Shown here one piece after another: positions 23,741 to 36,694 of a DNA stretch of 64,000 bases. This DNA comes from Laetmonice hystrix (taxonomy: Eukaryota). How positions within the stretch are numbered: the first letter of the stretch is position 1; each line of letters opens with the position of its first letter. Under the pieces are notes generated by a model, which was given only the letters and a program-made list of their open reading frames with translations, was not told where the DNA came from and did not search any database. The translations under genes were made by a program, and so were the position numbers. Location of the stretch: positions 44,704,001 through 44,768,000 of the forward strand of contig OZ249436.1 in assembly GCA_965235115.1 (NCBI GenBank), given 5' to 3'.

Positions 23741-24406
23741 CTGTTATTGAGGACAGTGACAAGTTTGGTCACTCCAGGTACCGGCGGGGTCCAAACACAG
23801 ACCGTGTGTGGTCAAGTCGAGTCCGGCCAAGGTTGTTAACTTGTTGATAACAGTAACTGTTGTCGGCTGTTTGTGATCAGTGTCTTTGAGTTGTCTGACT
23901 CTAGGTACCGTGTCGTCTCTCTGACTGACCCGTGACGGCCCTGGCAGTGCCCGAGGTCCGGCAGTTTGTGATCAGTGTCTTTGAGTTGTCTGACTCTAGG
24001 TACCGTGTCGTCTCTCTGACTGACCCGTGAGATCCTGGCAGTGCCCGAGGTCCGGCTGTTTGTGATCAGTGTCTTTGAGTTGTCCCACTCTAGGTACCGT
24101 GTCGTCTCTCTGACTGACCCGTGACGGTCCTGGCAGTGCCCGAGGTCCGGCTGTTTGTGATCAGTGTCTTTGAGTTGTCCCACTCTATAGGTACCGTGTC
24201 GTCTCTCTGACTGACCCGTGACGGTCCTGGCAGTGCCCGAGGTCCGGCTGTTTGTGATCAGTGTCTTTGAGTTGTCTGACTCTATAGGTATCGTCTCAAT
24301 GTAACCCAGCGTGGGTGAGAACCATGGAGCTGCGGTCAGTGAATGTTCTGACGGTATGGGAGGGACATAGAGGTGTCCTCCCACCGAACAACTGATGTTA
24401 ATTAGT
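23741..24406 (-). other. Candidate non-coding first exon (5'UTR) of SKOR
   Basis: Runs from the putative TSS to a strong donor CAG|GTAGGT at 23741/23740 and could splice to the acceptor at 14802. In that splice the SKOR frame has an upstream TGA with no ATG after it, so the exon would be untranslated. Confidence 0.4.
23864..24290. repeat. 95-bp tandem repeat, ~4.5 copies
   Basis: Unit GGCTGTTTGTGATCAGTGTCTTTGAGTTGTCTGACTCTAGGTACCGTGTCGTCTCTCTGACTGACCCGTGACGGTCCTGGCAGTGCCCGAGGTCC. Confidence 0.95.
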
Positions 24407-24582
24407 GAACTTGTTGTGTGGGGGCAGCTTTTATACGGGCCGCCCGGGTTGTTCAATAAATAATTACCGCTACCCTCCCCCAACACATGCGCGTGCACGC
24501 TCCATGTGCTCGCAGCTAGCCATGCACATTTCGGATGTCTATGTATGGCGCGTGCAGCGCTGATGCTCGTCTCTCATTGGTT
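24390..24582 (-). promoter_or_regulatory. Candidate SKOR core promoter (CCAAT, TATA box, initiator)
   Basis: Minus strand: CCAAT at ~24580-24576, TATAAAAG at 24435-24428 in GC-rich flanks, TTCA(+1)CT at 24406 (29 nt after the first T of TATA), and a TCAGTT Inr at 24395-24390. Oriented toward the SKOR coding exons. Confidence 0.45.
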
Positions 24583-24830
24583 GTTTCTCTGGATACGACG
24601 GCAAGGTGTGTGCCTTAGCCACGCCCACTTGTCACGGACGGTAAGCCTAATACGTGGTGATGTGCAGTTATACATGAGTGGTAATCACATGAGTTAACTC
24701 TAATTTACCGTGTCCACCACTTCTGGCATAAACCGGTGTGTGTACACTTAACATGGACACAGGGAAGAGACAGAATAACAATGATAACTTGTACACAGAT
24801 AATGTACTTTGGTAAATCATATATCGGCAA

Positions 24831-24999
24831 CATGTTTCTAACATGTTTCACTATCACGTATAGAGTATGTAGACCCTACTCATTCATGTTTCTAACATGT
24901 TTCGCCATCACGTATAGAGTATGTAGACCCTACTCATTCATGTTTCTAACATGTTTCACTATCACGTATAGAGTATGTAGACCCTACTCATTCATGTTT
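24831..24999. repeat. 54-bp tandem repeat, 3 copies
   Basis: Unit CATGTTTCTAACATGTTTCACTATCACGTATAGAGTATGTAGACCCTACTCATT. Confidence 0.95.
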
Positions 25000-27900
25000 T
25001 CCCGCCTTGACGTCCTGTAGAGAGATAAACCAAACGTTAGCCGTCTGTTAAAAAACAAAAACAAAAACAAAAAACGCCCAAAGCTGACAACTGGAGTTCT
25101 ACAGACAAGTATTTTTATTAAATAACTGGTCACAAGCCGGCCGTTAAAGCCGAGTACCAGTGACGGGTGTTGGTAAAGCCGGGGGGCCGGGGGCCGGGGG
25201 GAATGCCCCCACCGGTCGGAGTAAATGACCCCACGGGCCGGGATCACGGTCCCGGGATCGCTGCAGACACGTGCCCCCACGATTAACCCCAGAGAAGGGG
25301 CCCATACGGCTGATCCATGTCTGGATCAGGGTGCCAGAGTTACCCGCCACACCCCTGCCAGGGGTGGGGGTGAAGAGGAGGGGTGGGTGCCAGGGGGTAA
25401 CGACCCGAACCCCGCCACGCCCACTGCGGCCGGCAGTTTGACATCTGGTAGTGACCAGTGTCCACTAATGTAGAACTTGCCCCATTTTTCCATGATCAGG
25501 TCGCTGACCTGGTCAGGAAAGGTTAATGTTGGTTTTGTTTTCACGGCTCATGTAAGCGATCATTCTGCATCATTTTGGTCAATTGAAGAAATCATAAATG
25601 GAATTGTGGAGATTATTCTGATCGTTTGCCAGACACATTCCCGCAAACATCAGTGTTACTCGTGAGCCAGTAATCGAAATGGTCAGTTGATTTACGCTCA
25701 AACAAATTGGCCAACTTAAGCCTAATAAGATTTGCATAAACGCAATGCCCCCTCTCGTTCGCTGGCAAATGATGGGTATGCGATATAGAGAGAAAACCTT
25801 CATAGGCCCATAGGAACCTAGGACCTCTGGGGGGATTTTTACCAACTAGAAATTCTGGAGAAAAGACATTTTTATTCCACTATATATAATGATTGTATCG
25901 CTGTAGCGAACTGCCCGAAAACCACCCCGGCCCCATTAGTCCATTCAAGCGGCGAGTGTCTTCTTCTTTTTGCTTTCGTATACATTTAGTTTCTGCAGTA
26001 CACAAAGTTTATTTCTCGCTCTACAGTGTAAAGAATTCTTTAAAAGTTTTCCATTTACGAATGAGAACTTGGTGAAAGTGGTTCTAACATGACTTGCTAT
26101 CAAATGAGAGCCCGTCGTTTCAACTCTCCCGTCCAAACATAAAAGTGTAACTCAAACCATACTTGAAGCCACAGGATCTTGTATATATTGACTGACTTGT
26201 CGCTGAGGTGGGAGACCAAAGACAGGTCGGTGTTGAGGATGGATATGTAGGAAGGATGAGACAAGTATTGTCATGTCTATTGTAGGTTGGGTTGTACGGA
26301 AGGATAGTCTTCACTTGTGCTGTATCATGCCACCTAACACCCTGCACTCTCATCAAATCTCTACAGGCGTCCTCCACTCTCTGCTCCTACAGGTGTCGCC
26401 ATTGTTAGCATCGCCACCAAACTAACCACCAATTGGATTAATTTCAATTTCTCCCGCATCATTCTTACACTGGAGTCGCTTCATGCGGCCGTGCGAACGA
26501 CAGAGGTGTCGTCTTTAGCTAATCAGCGTCCACTCTCAGCCGCTGCGTCCCGGCTCGGGTTTCGAGGCGGGGTGGGTGGAGTAGAAGCGGCCGGGCGGCC
26601 AGTGCTCGGCTTCAGCCGGCGAGCGGGCCGTGCGAGCCGCCGTATTGTGACAGAGATCGCTTTGTCCACGCTCGACCCAAGGTCTGGCGTGGAAGAGTGA
26701 TCAGATAGACAGCGACCAGAGGTGAGCGGGACCGACTCCACCTTCAGATCGACTCACCGAGAGATAATCTAGGTGTGGTCAGGTTACAACTGGTGGACGT
26801 GACCGGGAGTAGGAGGGTCTGAACGCCGGGTGGCCACCGCTTTGTGGTCGGAGGTCTCACGGTAGTTCTATACAATGGAAAAAACACAAACTCCAACATG
26901 TGGATCGGTATCGGAGCGGTGGGCATTTATAAACAACTTTATGGATCTACAGCACTGGAACATTTGTAGGGGCATGATTCCGTAACTGGCTCATTGCCAG
27001 TGAGAGAATGGTCCGCGGGAAAATATAGGAAGGCAATAGAGCATAGACCTAATTATATAGGCATATTACAGGAAAGGGGAAAGAAATGAATCTTATTCAT
27101 TAATCAACTCACATTAACATATTGAAAATATCAGGTCAGTTCTTTCAGGTTTAAGGGCCAAAGGCGGTATAGGAAGATAACACGGGGCATGGTCACAAGA
27201 CGCTGTCTGCTGCCCGTGCAGAGTCTCCTCTCTCCGCTCACTATCGTCTTCGGTTAACTCTCAGGTCGATCACCAGGGGGCGTGTGTGACACAGCCACCG
27301 AGCACGACCACAGGACATGTTTCGGCCTTCTCCAGATGTTGATACGGTTAAGTTGGAATAACTCACACAATTATGGCTGTGTAGATATAGCCTACATATA
27401 CGACAACCTATAATGACGACACCACGCTTATACATGCATTCGTACTAGGTCTATTTTTTTCAGAGTTTAAACCGTTTTGGTACATAAACTAAATGGGACC
27501 TCTCCGCAGGTATGGCATGCACTGTTTGTGAATCGACCCTACCAGAAACCCTCGTGGTCCATTTAAAATCGACTTTCCCAACTTTTGATCAGGGTAATTG
27601 TTGTTAAAACCGCGATTTAGTTGTGGCTTGTTGCTCATATTGATGTCAATAGGAGAGTGAGTTTTATTCAGATTACCTTGCCTGTCTCCTGTTGAAACGA
27701 CCGAGAAAAATGGTGTTATTAATTACATCCCCTGCCACTGGCACAATGGCCAAGTGCCGATAATTGCAGGGACGTGTCTTAAATGTTAATTGAACATTTT
27801 AATTCCCACGTCTTAATCTCGTAAGCAATTCGATATCCTAAGATAATTAACACCTATCAAATTTCTCCAGTCATTGTTGGCCGGCTGATGAGCGACACCT

Positions 27901-29198
27901 CTCGGGTGAATTAAAAACGACTGGCCATATTTCAGATCGAGGCTCTTTTTCTGACTGACTGCGTTCACCCAGAACACGCGCGCCGTATTGTGGGTATCAT
28001 CCACTGCGCATGCGTGGACTAATCACGCCACTTTTTGTAACCATATTGCCATAATAAACAAGGCGGTGAAAATCATAATAAATATTCTATCGAGGGGAAC
28101 AATATACAAAGGAAGGATTCGTGGTAAATGATTCAAAATTAGATAATACTGCGCCCGAGGATGGCTGAGGCTGACAGCACAAGCTGACCAGTCAGTCAGC
28201 AGGCCGAGCTGGCCGGTTCTCCGACTCCACCATACGAGGGGTAGCTGTAGGCCGACATATGGACAGGAAGAAGAGAAACAAAAGTACCTCCTGTTAACTG
28301 GTCTGATTAAAGCTCCACCGGAACAGTCTGTTGGCGGCCATTGTCAGCTTTGTTCACGCATGCGCCCAGAGGCGGGGGCGGGAGGTAATTTGGGACCGTA
28401 TGGACGAGAACGGATGTCGCCAACACACACAAAGAGAGACTTGCGTAATTGAAAACATTTCCTGACAACAATGCCACTCTTAAAGCCAGAAGAATTGAGT
28501 AACATGAATGGCATACCAATAAATCCAATGTGGGATTCAGATAGAGACCTATTATTGTTGTCTTTAGAGGTCACTTCAGAAGATTATGCAAGGATTATTT
28601 TATTTTAAAAAAGGAGGAGAATTGACAAAAAGAGTAACGTATTTCATTTTATTCTTAAAGGTACGTTACTGATTAGAAAACTTAGATTAAGCGTGTTGAA
28701 AGAGAACAAAAATAACGCAAAGCGTTTGGAATTGAATTTCAATGCGCCCTTTCTGAACTAAAACAATGATGGATTTTTCAATATATTCTGGAACACCCAA
28801 AGGTATACAAACTGGATTGACTGCACACACGAAACTGGAGCTTCATCATTCTTGGGGCATGATCCAGTCCAAGGACTGCCTGCATATATCCAAACTGTCT
28901 GTCCGGTCAAAATTTAAAGCTCCAGGGGCAATGAACGATATATAATGTCCATATAGTCGAGTGAGAACGCTTAGTGATGCTATTTACTCTTACACGTAAC
29001 GGATCAAGTGGCGGCCAGTCTTCCACCCATGCAAACTCCAGTACCGTGGTTGACTCACTCACCGAGCTTTAAAAGATACCTTGTTCAAACGTCTGATTGC
29101 ACGAATTCAAGAACACTATGTAATCCCTGAATGAAAGATGCACGAAACCTGCACGTATATATACAGAATATCCTGGTACAACGGGCCAATAGAAGTAT

Positions 29199-29843
29199 AG
29201 GGAGAACGGGAGGTGGGGAGAAATGAAGGGAGAACGGGAGGTGGGGAGAAATGAAGGGAGAACGGGAGGTGGGGAGAAATGAAGGGAGAACGGGAGGTGG
29301 GGAGAAATGAAGGGAGAACGGGAGGTGGGGAGAAATGAAGGGAGAACGGGAGGTGGGGAGAAATGAAGGGAGACCGGGAGGTGGGGAGAAATGAAGGGAG
29401 ACCGGGAGGTGGGGAGAAATGAAGGGAGAACGGGAGGTGGGGAGAAATGAAGGGAGAACGGGAGGTGGGGAGAAATGAAGAGAGAACGGGAGGTGGGGAG
29501 AAATGAAGGGAGAACGGGAGGTGGGGAGAAATGAAGGGAGAACGGGAGGTGGGGAGAAATGAAGGGAGAACGGGAGGTAGGGAGAAATGAAGGGAGAACG
29601 GGAGGTGGGGAGAAATGAAGGGAGAACGGGAGGTGGGGAGAAATGAAGGGAGACCGGGAGGTGGGGAGAAATGAAGGGAGACCGGGAGGTGGGGAGAAAT
29701 GAAGGGAGAATGGGAGGTGGGGAGAAATGAAGGGAGAACGGGAGGTAGGGAGAAATGAAGGGAGAACGGGAGGTGGGGAGAAATGAAGGGAGAACGGGAG
29801 GTAGGGAGAAATGAAGGGAGAACGGGAGGTGGGGAGAAATGAA
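29199..29843. repeat. 28-bp polypurine minisatellite, ~23 copies
   Basis: Unit GGGAGAACGGGAGGTGGGGAGAAATGAA. Confidence 0.97.
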
Positions 29844-31719
29844 AACCTTAAGTATAAACGCTAAACCTTTTTCTTTAATAATTTTGCTTTGCTTCCCTGC
29901 TCCAAACCATCCACCGGCCAGACCCATCGGCCGATGGGTCTGGACCTTGCTCACCGGGCATCGACCAAAGAGTTGCCCAGGGGCAGATGGGCAACCCGTG
30001 GGTCGATGGACCGATGGGTCTGACCCATCGGCCGATGGGTCAGATCGGCCGATGTGAAGGCAGCGCACTGCTCCGTACTGGAGACATCAGAAACATGTTT
30101 TGATTGACTATCCAAATATCGACTTGTATATAGGATCTTTTTAACGTTCACTGATTGCGTCAAATAAGGACTCAACATTCTCTCTCAACAATTCCCTTAC
30201 CAAGCCTCCCGACCCCGGGAAATGTGGACAGAGCTGGGATGTCGACTGAAGAGATGATCTTTCTTATTTAAGTCAATACGAATTCATCAATGTATCTGCA
30301 TGTGTGATGCACTATTCATATCGAAGTAAAAGTATGGATCAAATGCTTGTGCTAGGCCACTTTAATACAGTCATGTACTTCTACAAAAAAGAGCTACACA
30401 TTTCAAACAAAACTCGTAATGACGCAATGCGTACATATGGTGTTAGAAACCTCTGTAATGAAGGCCGTCATCTCTATACCATAACATTAAGTAGCACAAA
30501 TGAGCCAATTATTTGTTGCTTAAACTAATTGGCCAGGATGATGTCGCTACGTAATTGGAACTTTTATATAAAGGTTTCTATAACATCTGATATCCTATCA
30601 CTCTTCAGTAGCAGTAACACCTGAAACCTTTGATATACAACCAGCCTGGCGTCAATTACTACATCTTCCGTTTCGTTACAATACACGGTCCTGACATCTT
30701 CCGTTTCGTTACAATACACGATCCTGATTTTATTCGCCTGGTGTTTGATCCAGACCGGATCTGACGCCGCTCTTCATCAAGGGAATCTCGGGCTAATCAC
30801 ATAATCTCCGTCGATAAAAGTCAATTAACACGGGCGCGCGCCATGATTAGTCATTTAACAGGCGTTCCATGCGTTCTCACCGGCGCAGGCGCAGAGACGG
30901 CGTCAATAATTATCCCCTCCGACGTCACCAGTATGGTGACCGTAACCCGTAACGACCACGTATAGCTCGTCAGGCTATATACTTGGGTAACCAAAGGTTG
31001 AATTTCTAATTTCTAATTATAATCAATGTTTCACTCTTTACAAATCAGACGGAAATTGGAATGTGATCCGAACGCGATTGAAAGAGGTAGGCATATAATC
31101 AAAGAATTGTGACGATGTACGTGTTTTTACTGGTAATGATCACCACAATATAGGTACATGTACATGTATTGCCGTATAGCTATAGCTATTCAGTAGCGGC
31201 GGGACAGAAAATATATTGGGTGGGGGCATTTTGTTTCATGCAATATGGAGGTGGGGGTATTTTGCTTGAGGTAGTGGGACATGGTGGTATCATCTAGATA
31301 AAAACAGGCACTATTGTCAATATACAGCCTCTAGAGTAAGTATATTAAGGAGGAAGAGATGAAGAAGAAAAAGAAGAAAAAGAAGAAGAAGAAGAAGAAA
31401 ATAAACAGTTTTCTATACTTTTATAAATTGCTAAATCCAACCCTTGGTTGCCAATAAATTTTAATAAATCAATCAATCAAAAACTTTATATAACAAATGA
31501 TAGTAGCGAGCAACCTATAAGTGGAACACACACGCAAACTGTTATCTTAACATAAGTGGGCCTACACTCTTGTTTTATCCTTCCTCATATCTTTGACTTT
31601 CTAAAGGACTAGTTTACTCTCTGTTTATAATGTCTGCCTTTGTATACAGTTCGTCTCGCTGAGATATTATCGACGTGTATGTTGTAGAAGCATAGAACCA
31701 TGACTGCGTTACCTCACAA

Positions 31720-32796
31720 CTGGAGGATACACAGGATACACTGGAGGATACACACGGAGAATACACAGGATAAACATAGAGGATACACAGGATACACTGG
31801 AGGATACACACGGAGGATACACAGGATACACTGGAGGATACACACGGAGGATACACAGGATACACTGGAGGATACACACGGAGGATACACAGGATACACT
31901 GGAGGATACACAGGATACACTGGAGGATACACAGGATACACACGGAGGATACACAGGATACACACGGATGATAAACAGGATACACTGGAGGATACACAGG
32001 ATACACACGGAGGATACACAGGATACACTGGAGGATACACTGGATACACTGGAGGATACACAGGATACACTGGAGGATACACAGGATACACTGGAGGATA
32101 CACAGGATACACAGGATGATATACAGGATACACTAGAGGATACACACGATACACTGGAGGATACACAGGATACACTGGAGGATACACAGGATACACTGGA
32201 GGATACACAGGATACACACGAAGGATACACAGGATACACACGGAGGATACACAGGATACACTGGAGGATACACACGGATGATACACATGATACACTGGAG
32301 GATACACAGGATACACTGGAGGACACACAGGATACATACGGAGGATACACAGGATACACACGGAGGATACACAGGATACACACGGAGGATACACAGGATA
32401 CACACTGAGGATACATAGGATACACTGGAGGATACACTGGAGGATACACACGATACACACGGATGATACACATGATACACTGGAGGAAACACTGGATACA
32501 CTGGAGGATACACAGGATACACTGGAGGATACACAGGATACACTGGAGGATACACAGGATACACTGGAGGATACACTGGAGGATACACAGGATACACTGG
32601 AGGATACACATGATACACTGGAGGATACACAGGATACACTGAAGGATACACAGGATACACTGGAGGATACACAGGATACACTGGAGGATACACAGGATAC
32701 ACACGGAGGATACACAGGATACACTGGAGGATACACAGGATACACACGGAGGATACACAGGATACACTGGAGGATACACAGGATACACACGGAGGA
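31720..32796. repeat. Compound GGATACAC-based low-complexity array
   Basis: Shuffled 9-13-bp units GGATACACA / GGATACACTGGA / GGATACACACGGA. Confidence 0.96.
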
Positions 32797-33590
32797 GAAA
32801 GTAAGGAACTTTGAGCTTGGAGAGGTTTATTAGATTTACCATAGGATATCTGATCTCTAGTGATGAGTGCGAGTCGCCAATGATAGAAAAGTGTTTTGGT
32901 TTTTCCCGATCCCGGCTGATTGGGCCACCAACCTGTCGTAATCAACCACTCCCCTGACACTGTCACATCTGTCGTAGTCACAACCAGTCACAGTGATCAA
33001 CCCCAGGAAACGTGGCAGACGAGCTGGTCTACCCAAGGATGCCTCACCCCCAGTGACAGTCGATTCCGTAAAACAAGGTTCGGGCGTGTTAAATTACCCG
33101 AATCAACCCGAGGGTGACTGTGAGGAGGTCTGTCAGTGGGCGGGCCGGGAGGGTGGTGAGGATCGGGTCATGGTGGTCAGGGGGTGGGTTAGAGGTGCAC
33201 CACCCTACCATCTACACCTCCATTTACTAGTTCACCCTCGGCTCCCGTCATTGCTTATCACTTTAATCAGTTTGCATCAAGCGAATTTACTGTGTTAATG
33301 AATGGTGGCGGTTGAGGTGTTGTCTACGGCCGCCGTTCCATTACGGTAACGTAACGAGGTCCCGCGGGGCGCGGGCCGGAATCGTTAGGGCCGCCGACCG
33401 ACGGGCCAGCCCGCCCCCTGCCCGGCCCAACCCCGGCCCGACCCCGGCCTGAACCAGCCAACGCTCCGACACGGGTCAGCGACGGGCCAGCGCCGGCAAT
33501 TTAACTTGTCGTCGTAAACACTCCGTACGATATTATATCACGTAGAACGAGACGCTCGCGATAAAATTGTGTTAGTGTTAGACGATAGTC

Positions 33591-34777
33591 GTCTTCATGG
33601 TGCTGTGGTTGGAGGTGGGGGTTGTCTTCATGGTGCTGTGGTTGGAGGTGTGGGTTGTCTTCATGGTGCTGTGGTTGGAGGTGGCGGTTGTCTTCATGGT
33701 GCTGTGGTTGGAGGTGGGGGTTGTCTTCATGGTGCTGTGGTTGGAGGTGGGGGTTGTCTTCATGGTGCTGTGGTTGGAGGTGGGGGTTGTCTTCATGGTG
33801 CTGTGGTTGGAGATGGGGGTTGTCTTCATGGTGCTGTGGTTGGAGGTGGGGGATGTCTTCATGGTGCTGTGGTTGGAGGTGGTTGGAGGTGGGGGTTGTC
33901 TTCATGGTGCTGTGGTTGGAGGTGGGGGTTGTCTTCATGGTGCTGTGGTTGGAGGTGGCGGTTGTCTTCATGGTGCTGTGGTTGGAGGTGGCGGTTGTCT
34001 TCATGGTGCTGTGGTTGGAGGTGGGGGTTGTCTTCATGGTGCTGTGGTTGGAGGTGGGGGTTGTCTTCATGGTGCTGTGGTTGGAGGTGGCGGTTGTCTT
34101 CATGGTGCTGTGGTTGGAGGTGGGGGTTGTCTTCATGGTGCTGTGGTTGGAGGTGGGGGTTGTCTTCATGGTGCTGTGGTTGGAGGTGGGGGTTGTCTTC
34201 ATGGTGCTGTGGTTGGAGGTGGGGGTTGTCTTCATGGTGCTGTGGTTGGAGGTGGGGGTTGTCTTCATGGTGCTGTGGTTGGAGGTGGGGGTTGTCTTCA
34301 TGGTGCTGTGGTTGGAGGTGGGGGTTGTCTTCATGGTGCTGTGGTTGGAGGTGGGGGTTGTCTTCATGGTGCTGTGGTTGGAGGTGGGGGTTGTCTTCAT
34401 GGTGCTGTGGTTGGAGGTGGGGGGGGGGGGTGTCTTCGTGTGCTGTGGTTGGAGGTGGGGGTTGTCTTCATGGTGCTGTGGTTGGAGGTGGTTGGAGGTG
34501 GGGGTTGTCTTCATGGTGCTGTGGTTGGAGGTGGGGGTTGTCTTCATGGTGCTGTGGTTGGAGGTGGGGGTTGTCTTCATGGTGCTGTGGTTGGAGGTGG
34601 GGGTTGTCTTCATGGTGCTGTGGTTGGAGGTGGGGGTTGTCTTCATGGTGCTGTGGTTGGAGGTGGGGGTTGTCTTCGTGGTGCTGTGGTTGGAGGTGGG
34701 GACTGTCTTCATGGTGCTGTGGTTGGAGGTGGGGGTCGTCTTCATGGTGCCGTGGTTGGAGGTGGCGGTTGTCTTCG
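33591..34777. repeat. 33-bp G/T-rich minisatellite, ~36 copies
   Basis: Unit GTCTTCATGGTGCTGTGGTTGGAGGTGGGGGTT. Confidence 0.97.
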
Positions 34778-35447
34778 TGTGTTGTCGCAGCCGGACCTCC
34801 GCAGTCGGCCAACATGGCCTTGCTGCAGCACCCCAGATTCCATGCACTACTAGCTCGCACCTAGATCCGGCCTACAGTTCGATCTGTTTCTTTGTTCCCT
34901 TGTCAAGAGTTTTACGTTTGCCATAAATCGATGTAGGTCTATAGGTTTAGGAAATATTATATATTTCATCAAAAATCTCACAAATATTTATTTTCAACCT
35001 TTCGCATCATTTTTGGTAAAATTCATTAAATGTCCGCAATCGTAAAATCTGACTTTGATGAGATGTTGAATGTATCAGGAGGACTTACGATTACAGTCCC
35101 TCACTTTATGACGCATACAGAAATTGTATAAAGGTGAGACTTGACTTATTATGGATGCAACGCACATTATACTGCAAGTTGCGCGAAGGGTAAAATCGTG
35201 CCTCTCGAGTGTGAATACCCTGTGAATACCCTGCATGGAGACTGGCAAGGTGTCCGACGTGTGTCCCTGCATGGAGACTGGCAAGGTGTCCGACCCGTGT
35301 CACCTGATTGTTGATGTCGCTGGTGTTCGTCAACCGGAAACGGAACCACTCTCCGCGCACAGTCACGTGACATGTGGAGTCAAGTGATGCGCGACAGGGT
35401 GTCTGATTCTCCAAAGTAACGATCCAACGAAATGGGGGGGGGGGGTC

Positions 35448-36557
35448 GGGGCAGGATTACAGTAAGGGGCAGGGTTACGGTAAGGGGCAGGGTTACAGTA
35501 AGGGGGCAGGGTTACGGTAAGGGACAGGTTCTACAGTAAGGGACGGGGTTAGGGCAAGGGACAGGGTTACGGTAAGGGACAGGTTTACGGTAAGGGGCAG
35601 GGTTGCAGCAAGGGGCAGGGTTACTGTAAGGGACAGGGTTATGGCAAGAGGACAGGGTTACGGTAAGGGGCAGGGTTGCAGCAAGGGGCAGGGTTACGTT
35701 AAGGGACAGGGTTATGGTAAGGGGCAGGGGTACGATAAGGGACAGGTTTATGGTAAGGGGCAGGGTTGCAGTAAGGGGCAGTGTTACTGTAAGGGACAGG
35801 GTTACGGTAAGAGGACAGGGTTACGGTAAGGGGCAGGGTTACGTTAAGGGACAGGGTTATGGTAAGGGGCAGGGTTACGGTAAGGGACAGGGTTATGGTA
35901 AGGGGCAGGGTTACAATAAGGGACAGGTTTATGGTAAGGGGCAGGGTTACGGTAAGGGACAGGGTTATGGTAAGGGGCAGGGTTACGATAAGGGACAGGT
36001 TTATGGTAAGGGGCAGGGTTGCAGTAAGGGGCAGTGTTACTGTAAGGGACAGGGTTACGGTAAGAGGACAGGGTTACGGTAAGGGGCAGGGTTGCAGCAA
36101 GGGGCAGGGTTACGGTAAGGGACAGGGTACAGTAAGGGACAGGGTTACGGTAAGGGACAGGGTGACGGTAAGGGGCAGTTTTACAGTAAGGGGCGGGGTT
36201 ACGGTAAGGGGCAGGGTTATGGTAAGGGGCAGGGTTACGGTAAGGGACAGGGTTACGGTAAGGGACAGGGTTACGGTAAGGGGCAGGGTTATGGGAAGGG
36301 GCAGGTTTACAGTAAGGGGCGGGGTTACGGTAAGGGGCAGGGTTATGGTAAGGGGCAGGGTTATGGGAAGGGGCAGGTTTACAGTAAGGGGCGGGGTTAC
36401 GGTAAGGGGCAGGGTTACGGTAAGGGGCAGGGTTATGGGAAGGGCAGGGTTACGGTAAGGGACAGGGTTACGGTAAGGGGCAGGGTTATGGGAAGGGGCA
36501 GGTTTACAGTAAGGGGCGGGGTTACGGTAAGGGGCAGGGTTATGGTAAGGGGCAGGG
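35448..36557. repeat. 18-bp G-rich minisatellite, ~60 copies
   Basis: Unit GGGTTACGGTAAGGGGCA / GGGTTATGGTAAGGGACA. Confidence 0.97.
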
Positions 36558-36598
36558 CTAGGCGATTTCATGGAGATATCACCATCGGGAATAAACCT

Positions 36599-36694
36599 AG
36601 TCAGGTGTTGGCAAGTCAAGCGGGACACCATGAGAGTCAGGTGTTGGCAAGTCAAGCGGGACACCATGAGAGTCAGGTGTTGGCAAGTCAAGCG
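36599..36694. repeat. 36-bp tandem repeat, ~2.6 copies
   Basis: AGTCAGGTGTTGGCAAGTCAAGCGGGACACCATGAG. Confidence 0.9.

Noticed and set aside
23836..24498. 220-aa minus-strand ORF as an N-terminal SKOR extension
   Set aside because: Mostly the 95-bp repeat; it begins upstream of the putative TATA box and stops before the donor.
29085..30068. 327-aa Pro/Ser/Phe-rich ORF
   Set aside because: Stop-free polypyrimidine strand of the 28-mer array.
31614..36691. Long ORFs of 130-448 aa (mucin-like TTPTSNHSTMK, GYGKGQ, YPVYPP repeats)
   Set aside because: Open in several frames on both strands because they are translations of minisatellites; no splice or unique-domain support.
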